A stretch of DNA of 64,000 nt, taken from the IMG/VR virus record IMGVR_UViG_3300021425_000006. One strand, 5' to 3'. This DNA is from a virus. A program made the translations under genes and the position numbers. Shown one piece after another: positions 9,370-18,700 of this stretch. The notes beneath the pieces were generated by a model. That model ran no database searches, was not told the origin of the DNA, and was given only the letters and a program-made list of their open reading frames with translations. The first letter of the stretch is position 1. The number at the start of each line of letters is the position of its first letter.

Positions 9370-12300
9370 ATGGCTGTAGGTCGCATATCGGGTCCGCTTT
9401 TGAAGTCCAATCTCATACGTAATGGTGTGGATTTGGCCTTTGAGACAGACTTATTATATCTAGATGTTAATAATCAGCGTATCGGTATTAGAACCGCGTC
9501 ACCAACCCACGATTTCACTGTTAACGGAACCACAAAAACAACCAATTTACAAGTCGACACACTAGCCACAATAGGTGATATATCTATTAGTGGACGCACT
9601 ATTGAAACAGATGGCGACTTAACTCTAGTCACAGTCGGCACAGACGCTGTTGTTTACCAAACACGTTTAGAAGTAAACGGAGTAGGTATTGACGACAATA
9701 CAATTAGCACACTTAATTCAAATGCAAACTTAGAACTTCGTCCTAACGGAACAGGAAAAGTTGAGATATTTGCTGATACTAATGTTACTGGCAATATTCA
9801 TGCAACTGGAAATATTACAGCAGACGGCAACATTGTTTTAGGTAATGCAGACACAGATAGTATTAATTTTAATGCAGACGTAAACAGTAACATTATTCCA
9901 GACCAAAATGAAATTTATGATTTAGGATCTGACACTAAACGCTGGCGCGATGTTAAAGTAAAAAATCTTATTGCAGAAACAGTTGATACCGGTGACTTAA
10001 TAATCCAAGGTGTTGATTTAAGTACTAGACCCGGAAATACATTTTATGTTTCAACTAATGGTAGTAATACAGCAACTGGTACACATCAACAAGATCCGTT
10101 TTTAACACTTGATCATGCAGTAACTGTTGCAGCAGCTGGTGATACTATTCACATATATCCAGGAACATATGAAGAAACGTTTCCTATAGAAGTTCCTGCA
10201 GGCGTAACTATTAAAGGTGAAAATTTACGTTCAGTATTTTTACATCCACCAAGTTCAAATAACTCGCAGGACTGTTTTTTACTAAACGGCGAAACTACAA
10301 TACAAGATTTAACAATTGGTAATTTCTATTACGATTCCGGAAACAATACTGGACACGCATTTAGATTTGCACCAAATATGAATGTTACTTCAAGAAGTCC
10401 TTACATTAAAAACGTAACAGTAATAACTAAAGGCTCAGTAACTACAACAGAAGATCCAAGAGGATTTAATGAAGGCGATGCTGGTCGTGGTGGTTACTTT
10501 GATGGAAGTGTAGTTAATGCAAGTTCTAAAGAAGCAAGTATTTTATTCCATGCAGCAACATTTATTACACCGGGTGTTGATGCTATATTAGCAACTAATG
10601 GTACTAGAATGGAGTGGTTAAACTCCTTTACATATTTTGCTAATCGTTCAGTATATGCATTTGATAGTAATCAAGGATTGTACAATGATGGTAAAACACG
10701 AGTACGTTTAGGAGGCATAAGCGGAACGTTTGCTGTAGGTAATACAGTTACATTTACTTCAACAGATAATTCAAGTGTAGCAAATGCAACTATTGAAAGT
10801 ATCGAAGGAGATACTATTGTAGTTGATGGCAAGTTTACAGGACTACAAGGATTTGACACAACACCTGCAAGTATATCAAACGGCGCAGGCGCAACAGCAA
10901 CAAGTATTGAAAATTATGATCTAAAAGACTTTGGTGCAGAAATACGCATGATTGGCAGTGCTAGTGTTTATGGTAACTATGGATTATACGGTGATGGGCC
11001 TGGTGTTATTGTTTATGCTATTGGACATAATCTAGCATACATTGGTAATGGTAAAGAAGTTACTAATGACCCAGGAACAGTTATACAAGATAATGAAGTT
11101 ACAGAACTTAATGATGCTAAAATTAGATACAACTCAGTTGACCATGAAGGTGACTTTAGAGTTGGTGATTTATTCTTTGTTGATCAGCAAACAGGTACAG
11201 TAGACTTTACAGTTTCCGACTTTACTATTAATACAACTAATGGTGTTTCATTTATAGACGGCGGCGGCACAACTTTTGTTGACGGAAGTAAAATTGAAAC
11301 AGGAAACTTTAGAATTAGTGGCAACACTATAGAATCGCTAACTGGTGCAGTTAACTTAACAGCAAGTAACAATCAAATTAATTTAAATGACAATGTTAAT
11401 ATTACTGGTAACTTAGATGTAACTGGTAATGTTACTATTGGCGGAAATATTACTATTGGTGACGATGCAAATGACACTATTCAAATTGTTGCAGGCATTG
11501 ATAGTGATATTGTTCCTAGTGCAACTAGCACATATAATTTAGGTACAGACTCAAAACGTTGGAACAACATAAATGTTAACAGAGCTGTTATCGACGATAT
11601 TACAATTGAAACAAACTTCATTACAACTACAACTAGTAATGCAGATTTAGAATTACGAGCAAGTGGTACAGGCGAAATATTAGTACCAGACAATAACGTA
11701 CAAATTAATAATAACTTAACTGTTGACGGAACTACTACACTACAAGATACAAATATTACTGGCACACTTACCCATGTTGGTAATTTAACACATACTGGTG
11801 ATTCAAGTGTTGATGGTAACTTAACTGTAACAGGAAAACTAGACGTAACACAGTACGCACAGTTTGAAGAAATACTAATTGACGATAACTTTATCACAAC
11901 TACAACTAGTAACGCAAACTTAGAACTACGTGCAAACGGCACAGGTGAAGTAATAGTACCAAGTGCTAATGTTACAATTTCAAATGACTTAACTGTTGAT
12001 AACGATATTGATGCTAATAATTTAACCACTACAGGAACGGTTACTTCAGACGCATTTACTACTGGTCAATTAAATATTAATAATTTTGTTATTCAAACTG
12101 TAAGTAGTAATGATTTAGAATTAAGTGCTGATGGATCTGGAGTAATTAAAATTGCCTCCAATGATGTTGATATTACAGGCACACTTGATGTCACTGGATT
12201 AACAACTACAGCAGACTTGACTGTAAACGGAACACTAACACATACTGGTGATGTTTCTCATACAGGCAATTACGATATTACTGGAACTTGGTCTAACCAA

Positions 12301-15036
12301 GAGATAAGAATTATTGGTAATGTAGTCGAAACAACTACTACAAATACAGATTTAGAATTACGTGCAAGCGGAAGTGGCGATGTATTAATACCAAATGACG
12401 ATGTTATTTTATCACAAGATTTAACTGTAAATGGTTCAACAGATCTACAAGCAACAACAATAAACGGCACAGTTACACATACTGGCGATCACACACAAAC
12501 TGGTAATTTAACAATTACAGGAATTCTTGAAGTTGACGATATTGAAATTAATGGTAACACTATTCAAGCAGCTTCTAATGATACAGATTTACAATTAACT
12601 GCAAACGGCACTGGCGAAATAGTAGTTCCAACTAGTGATGTAGTAATTACTAATAATTTAACAGTTAACGGAACTACTACACTACAAGATACAAGTGTTA
12701 CAGGAACACTTACACACGTTGGTGATAGAAATCATACTGGAAACTTTAATATTGGCGGCACTTTCTCAAACGGAGAAATACAGATTGATGATAACTTTAT
12801 CACAACTACTACATCAAATAGTGATTTAGAATTACGTGCAAGTGGAACTGGAGAAGTTACTGTACAAGGAAATGATGTAGTATTTGGTCAAGCACTAACA
12901 GTAAATGGTTCAACAGATCTACAAGCAACAACAATTACAGGAACTATAACACACACTGGGTCAGTAACACAAGTAGGCGACATAAATTTAACAGGTAATT
13001 TTGATAACGGAAACGTTAGAATTACAGGAAATATAATTGAAACTACAGACAGTAATGCAGATTTAGAACTACGTGCAAATGGATCAGGTGAAGTATTAAT
13101 ACCAAATAATGATCTTCAAGTTACTGGAACACTTGATGTTGACCAATTAACTACACTCGACGATACAAATATTACAGGTGTAATAACTCACGTAGGCAAT
13201 TCAACTATTACTGGTAATTACGATATTACTGGACAATTAGATGTTAATGATATAAGTTTTGATACAAATAGAATCTTTACAAATACATTAGATACAGATC
13301 TTATATTACAAGCAAATAATACTGGTAAAGTAATAGTTCCAAATAATGATGTAGAGATCGAAGAAAATTTAACTGTTGGCGTTGGTGCTACTTTACAAGA
13401 TACAAATATTACAGGCACAATTACACATGCAGGTAATTATACGCAAACTGGTAATTCAAATATTGACGGCAATCTCACAGTAACTCAAGATTTAGATGTT
13501 ACAGGTTCTGCACAATTTGAAGAAATACTAATTGATGATAACTTTATCACAACTACAACTAGTAACGCAGATCTAGAGCTACGTGCAAATGGTACTGGAG
13601 AAGTATTAATACCAGATGCTGATTTAAGAATTAATAATGACTTAATAGTTACTGGAACAATCACAACTGGAGATATTAATAGTGCTGGTACAATTACAGC
13701 AAATAGATTTAGTACCGGAGATATATTAATCGATGATAACTTTATCACAACTACTACGTCAAATAGTGATTTAGAATTACGTGCAAACGGCACAGGTGAA
13801 GTAATAGTACCAAGCAATAATGTTGAAATTACTGGTGACACTACAGTTGGCGGCACAACAGACTTACAGGGCGACACTAGTATTACAGGCACAGTTACAC
13901 ATATTGGTAACTTGTCACAAACTGGAAACTTTAATATTAATGGAAGTTTAACTGTTACTGGTGACTTAGATGTTTCTGGAGCATTCCAATTTGAAGAAAT
14001 ATTAATTGATGATAATATTATTACAACTACATCATCAAACGCAAATTTAGAACTTCAAGCAGCTGGTACTGGTGAAGTAATAGTACCAAACAATGATGTT
14101 GATATTACAAATAATCTAACAGTGGGCGGATCATTAACAGTTGGTGATGTTGTAAGTACAGGAACTATACAAGCAAATAACTTTACTACTGGTGACATAT
14201 TAATTGACGATAACTTTATTACAACTACAACATCAAATAGTGATTTAGAATTGCGTACTAGTGGTACAGGGAGCATTGTACTAGATGATATTAATGTAAT
14301 AGATGCAACAATATCTAGTACTTCGAACATAACTTTAACTCCAAACACTGAATTAGTTATAATTGATGCAACTGGTGCTGTTCAACTACCAAAGGGCGAC
14401 ACAAGTCAACGTCCAACTGGAGTAACAGGCCAGATAAGATATAATACAGAAATTGAAAGATACGAAGGGTATACTCCAAATGGATGGATCAAGTTAAATG
14501 GTGTTGAAGACCAAGACGGAGACACTAATGTAACAGCAGAGTTATCCCCAGGCTCAAATGATAATATTATTAGATTTAATGTTGCAGGAAGTACTATAGC
14601 AAGTGTTGATAGCACAAAATTAGATGCTAATTTAATAACCGTAGATGACATCCAACTTGATGGAAATGTGATAAGTACTATTACTAATAATACTGATCTA
14701 CAACTAACAGGCAACGGCACAGGCGGCATCAACATTGAAAACTTTAAGTTTACTGGTAATACATTAACTAACGTTACACCAAATGGTGTAACAACTATTA
14801 CAAGTACAAATCAAGGATATGTTGATTTTTCAGACCCATATGGGGTTGTTATACCGGTAGGTAATAACACAGAAAGGCCTACAGGGGTTACAGGAATGAT
14901 AAGATTTAATACCGAAGATCTTAGAGTTGAAATGTATGACGGAAGTAATTGGATATCGGTAGCAGGTGCATCAGGTGGTATTAGTTATGCGGATGCAGAA
15001 GACATAGCAATAGAAAAAGTATTAATATTTGGATAA
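9370..15036 (+). CDS. Giant tail fibre/baseplate protein (1888 aa), paralogue of 3207..9221
   Basis: Near-identical N-terminus (GRISGP.LK.NL.R.GVD.AFETDLLY.DVNN.RIG), same beta-helix and repeat array. Confidence 0.75.
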   Translation: MAVGRISGPLLKSNLIRNGVDLAFETDLLYLDVNNQRIGIRTASPTHDFTVNGTTKTTNLQVDTLATIGDISISGRTIETDGDLTLVTVGTDAVVYQTRLEVNGVGIDDNTISTLNSNANLELRPNGTGKVEIFADTNVTGNIHATGNITADGNIVLGNADTDSINFNADVNSNIIPDQNEIYDLGSDTKRWRDVKVKNLIAETVDTGDLIIQGVDLSTRPGNTFYVSTNGSNTATGTHQQDPFLTLDHAVTVAAAGDTIHIYPGTYEETFPIEVPAGVTIKGENLRSVFLHPPSSNNSQDCFLLNGETTIQDLTIGNFYYDSGNNTGHAFRFAPNMNVTSRSPYIKNVTVITKGSVTTTEDPRGFNEGDAGRGGYFDGSVVNASSKEASILFHAATFITPGVDAILATNGTRMEWLNSFTYFANRSVYAFDSNQGLYNDGKTRVRLGGISGTFAVGNTVTFTSTDNSSVANATIESIEGDTIVVDGKFTGLQGFDTTPASISNGAGATATSIENYDLKDFGAEIRMIGSASVYGNYGLYGDGPGVIVYAIGHNLAYIGNGKEVTNDPGTVIQDNEVTELNDAKIRYNSVDHEGDFRVGDLFFVDQQTGTVDFTVSDFTINTTNGVSFIDGGGTTFVDGSKIETGNFRISGNTIESLTGAVNLTASNNQINLNDNVNITGNLDVTGNVTIGGNITIGDDANDTIQIVAGIDSDIVPSATSTYNLGTDSKRWNNINVNRAVIDDITIETNFITTTTSNADLELRASGTGEILVPDNNVQINNNLTVDGTTTLQDTNITGTLTHVGNLTHTGDSSVDGNLTVTGKLDVTQYAQFEEILIDDNFITTTTSNANLELRANGTGEVIVPSANVTISNDLTVDNDIDANNLTTTGTVTSDAFTTGQLNINNFVIQTVSSNDLELSADGSGVIKIASNDVDITGTLDVTGLTTTADLTVNGTLTHTGDVSHTGNYDITGTWSNQEIRIIGNVVETTTTNTDLELRASGSGDVLIPNDDVILSQDLTVNGSTDLQATTINGTVTHTGDHTQTGNLTITGILEVDDIEINGNTIQAASNDTDLQLTANGTGEIVVPTSDVVITNNLTVNGTTTLQDTSVTGTLTHVGDRNHTGNFNIGGTFSNGEIQIDDNFITTTTSNSDLELRASGTGEVTVQGNDVVFGQALTVNGSTDLQATTITGTITHTGSVTQVGDINLTGNFDNGNVRITGNIIETTDSNADLELRANGSGEVLIPNNDLQVTGTLDVDQLTTLDDTNITGVITHVGNSTITGNYDITGQLDVNDISFDTNRIFTNTLDTDLILQANNTGKVIVPNNDVEIEENLTVGVGATLQDTNITGTITHAGNYTQTGNSNIDGNLTVTQDLDVTGSAQFEEILIDDNFITTTTSNADLELRANGTGEVLIPDADLRINNDLIVTGTITTGDINSAGTITANRFSTGDILIDDNFITTTTSNSDLELRANGTGEVIVPSNNVEITGDTTVGGTTDLQGDTSITGTVTHIGNLSQTGNFNINGSLTVTGDLDVSGAFQFEEILIDDNIITTTSSNANLELQAAGTGEVIVPNNDVDITNNLTVGGSLTVGDVVSTGTIQANNFTTGDILIDDNFITTTTSNSDLELRTSGTGSIVLDDINVIDATISSTSNITLTPNTELVIIDATGAVQLPKGDTSQRPTGVTGQIRYNTEIERYEGYTPNGWIKLNGVEDQDGDTNVTAELSPGSNDNIIRFNVAGSTIASVDSTKLDANLITVDDIQLDGNVISTITNNTDLQLTGNGTGGINIENFKFTGNTLTNVTPNGVTTITSTNQGYVDFSDPYGVVIPVGNNTERPTGVTGMIRFNTEDLRVEMYDGSNWISVAGASGGISYADAEDIAIEKVLIFG
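11590..14730 (+). repeat. Tandem coding repeats (IDDNFITTTTSN.DLELRANGTGEV)
   Basis: About 13 copies in this interval, several nearly identical at DNA level. Confidence 0.85.
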
Positions 15037-15042
15037 AAGAGA

Positions 15043-15372
15043 ATGGCAACAACACTTAAGAATACAGTTATAAAACAATGTGGTACACAACCTGTACTTA
15101 TATATGAAACGTTACCCGGAAACAGAGTTACTGTTTTAGGAATAAGTTTTACAAACCTAACTGACAAATTTGTTTACGTTGATGTGCTAGTTGAAGACGA
15201 TACTAGTGTAAGTGGTTATTATTTAAAAGATAGTATCCTGCCAGCAGGGACAAGTTTAAGAGCTGTTTCAACTGGTGAAAAATTAGTGTTAGCCCCTAGC
15301 AATAGACTTTTAGTTAGATCAAGTTTAGATGATTCAGTTGATGTTATTGTTAGTTACGTGGAGATAACATAA
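15043..15372 (+). CDS. Small structural partner protein
   Basis: MATTLKN...IYET....TVLGISFTN...KLVL....L.V.S...SVDVIVSYVEIT. Confidence 0.65.
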   Translation: MATTLKNTVIKQCGTQPVLIYETLPGNRVTVLGISFTNLTDKFVYVDVLVEDDTSVSGYYLKDSILPAGTSLRAVSTGEKLVLAPSNRLLVRSSLDDSVDVIVSYVEIT

Positions 15373-15782
15373 TGGCATATTATATAGGAACAACACCACA
15401 AGACGTCCTAGATGGATTTATAAAAAGATATTTTTACGGTCTTCGTAGAAATAATGATGGAGAACTATTTTTTGTAGTAGTTGATCAACTTAGGGGCGGA
15501 GACGAAAATGTTGTCATTGTTAATGATTTGGGCATTGCTTCGGAAAATTATCCGGATTTTGAAGAAGGTATTGACTTCTTAGATGGCATTGATGCTAACC
15601 ATGACATAGTATATCCTAATGTTAGATATCCACAATTTAAATGGGAAAATAGATCATTACTGTATTATATAGAACCAGATACAGGATTTTTTGTGCAACG
15701 TATATCAGAAGCATATGATTATCCAACTGGAGTATCAACAGTAGCATACGGCGAAGGCCAAGATGAAAACGTAATTGATTAA
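15372..15782 (+). CDS. Hypothetical structural protein
   Basis: TAATG-coupled ORF, FYGLRR..DGELF motif. Confidence 0.7.
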   Translation: MAYYIGTTPQDVLDGFIKRYFYGLRRNNDGELFFVVVDQLRGGDENVVIVNDLGIASENYPDFEEGIDFLDGIDANHDIVYPNVRYPQFKWENRSLLYYIEPDTGFFVQRISEAYDYPTGVSTVAYGEGQDENVID

Positions 15783-15793
15783 GGGAATGAATA

Positions 15794-18700
15794 ATGGCAG
15801 AGTTTAAGTTAGATAGATTTAAGTATAACTGGAGAGGTGACTGGGCAACTGGTACTGACTACAAACGTGATGACGTTGTTCGTGTAAACGGATTTAGTTA
15901 TGTTTGTATAATATCACATACAGGTTCAGCACTATTTGCAACAGACTTAAACGCTATTTTACCTGATAGTAATCCTCCACAGCCACAACCAAAATGGGTT
16001 GTGATGACAGCGAGTAAATCATTTGTTGGAGACTGGGCACCGGGTACATCATATAACGTAGGTGATATTGTTTTGTTTGGTGGTACCGTTTGGGACTGTA
16101 CTGTAGCACATACAGCATCACAGTTTCAAACCGATATAGCAAAATGGGCTGTCTTTACTAAACACATTAAATTTGATGCACAGTGGTCAGCAGGCACAGA
16201 ATACGGACATGGCGATATTGTAAAATATGGCGGCAATCTTTGGAAATGTTTAACTTCACATTCAGCACAAGGTAAATTAGAAGATAACCAAAATGATTGG
16301 CAAGAGTATCATGTAGGACAAGAATATAGAAATGCTTGGCTACCGAGTACAGAATACAGAATTAATGATATTGTAAAATATGGCGGCTCGTTATTTAAAT
16401 GTATAGAATCTCATACATCAAATGTTAGCGAATTAGAAGATGACAAGTTTACAATATTTGCATTTGGTACACAATTTGACGGAGAGTGGAATAGTACCAC
16501 CCAGTATAATATTGGTGATGTAGTAAGATACGGCGGAACATCATACTATGCAATTACAAATAACATTGAATCAGATCCGTCAAGAATTGTAAGAGGAATT
16601 TCTTCAGGAGAAGATAGTACTAATGACTGGTTGATATTATCTAAAGGATATCAATTTGTAGGCGAGTGGAGTTTATCAAAAGAATTTAAAACTGGAGATA
16701 TTACACAACGTGGCGGTAATGTATACGTTGCTCTAAGAGATGTTAATATTAACGACGGAGACGAAAGTTCGTTAACTTACTTAGATACAGAAGTTTGGGA
16801 AAAAATTATTCCAGGTAAAGTCTTCAAAGCACCTTGGGGAACCGGAAATTATTATTCAGTTGGTGACATAGTTTATCATTTAGGTACAGCATATGTTTGT
16901 AACTATGAGCATACATCAGATGGAGAGAATTATCCAGGAGACAACGGAAACATATATGCATACTGGGACATTTTAATCCAAGCAGGTGACGAAGGTGGAT
17001 TACACGACAAAGGTGACTTGCTTACATTTGGATTATCACGAACAGGAGCAGGTGACGGAAGTACACTTGGAGATACTCGTGTGCAAATTGGCGAAAAAGA
17101 GAATGTTTTGTCAATTACAGAAGAACAAGAAATATTTTGGAGAACTTTTACTGCTGACTCAGATGTAATTTATGTTGCTCCATATGGTATTAATGATTCA
17201 TTTCCAGGAAGAGGTCGAAGTGCAGAATTACCATTTAGAACAGTTAGATATGCTTGTGAATTTATTGAAGATAATTTTCCTCCAATGGCACCAACTAAAG
17301 TTTCTGTTGCAACAGGAAACTATGATGAAATAGGACCAATTATTGTGCCTGCTGGTTGTGTAGTTATGGGTGATGAATTAAGATCAACAACTATTACAGC
17401 AACACCAGCAATTCCAGAATATGCATACGATGCAGCTACTGATACGGGTGACTATGTACACGTTAAAGAATACATTACACATATTTCATCATTTATATTT
17501 GATTTAATAGCTAACAATCCAGTTAGTAATACAGCAGGCAACACTGTAACACCAATAAGAAATATTGATCCATCTAATCTTGAAGCTTCGAATAGGATAA
17601 TTGCATTACTAGATGACTTTAAAGATTATGTAGAATTTTACATTGCGTCTGAAGATAATAATCCAACACTTTCAGGATCAAATACATTATCAGTAGTAGA
17701 CGGAATGGTCGAAGGAGCAAATCAGTTAAGAGTAAACTTAGAATGGATACAGGCAGAAATTTATGCTTACTTAAATCTTTCATATGACAATCTTGATAAA
17801 GTAAGATTATACGATGATATTAATTCTTTAATTAGAGGCGTAGCAAGAGATCTTCAGTTTTCAGGAAACTACGGAACTTTACAAGCAGCTAGAAGATATG
17901 CAAATGCTGTTAATGGTTCGTTTTTAGATGACTTATTTCTCCTTAGAGATACAACAGGTCTTAGAAACTTAACAACTAAAGGACTTACTGGAACACTAAA
18001 TCCTCCGGGCGTATTTGACTTGTATCAACGTCCAACAGGTGGTGCATGTACAAGTTTAGATCCAGGTTGGGGTCCAGCAGACGAACGTACATGGATTATG
18101 CAAAGATCACCTTACATACAGGGTGTAACTAATATTGGCGGAGCATGTGTTGGTAAAAGAGTTGACGGATCTTATCATAATGGCGGTAATAAGTCAATGG
18201 TTAGTAATGACTTTACACAAGTACTAAGTGACGGTATTGGAGCCTGGGTAAGTAACGGCGCAAGGGCTGAGCTTGTATCAGTGTTTACATATTATTGCTC
18301 AGTTGGATATTTTGCAGAAGATGGCGGAATTATACGTGCAACTAATGGTAATAACTCATACGGAAGTTGGGGAGCGATTGCTGACGGGAATGATCCTGCA
18401 GAAACTCCTGATACATGTTCTGTATGGAACAGAAATAATGAAGCATTAGTAGCGTCAGCATTTATTGGCGGCTCAACTGACGAAGTAAAACTATTTGAAT
18501 ATGCACACTGTGGTCAACATTATACAAACGCTACAGCAAGTGTTGTAGGTGCAGGTGCAAGCCTTAGCACCCAATACGAAGACTTTAGAGACTTAGCAAT
18601 AAGCCAAGTTCGTCTTATTAATACTACTGGATCAGGATCAGAAGGTGGTAGTAACTATTTGGTTAGACAAGGTTTTGCACAAGTAACAGCAGACGCTAGT

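Noticed and set aside
5215-14730. CRISPR-like periodic DNA repeats
   Set aside because: The repeats are degenerate at third codon positions and in frame within proteins; no cas genes
15034-15045. Stop-codon readthrough fusing the 1888 aa fibre to the in-frame 109 aa gene
   Set aside because: The stop is TAA, and the analogous junctions at 2245/2256 and 29730/29748 are out of frame, so it is probably coincidence
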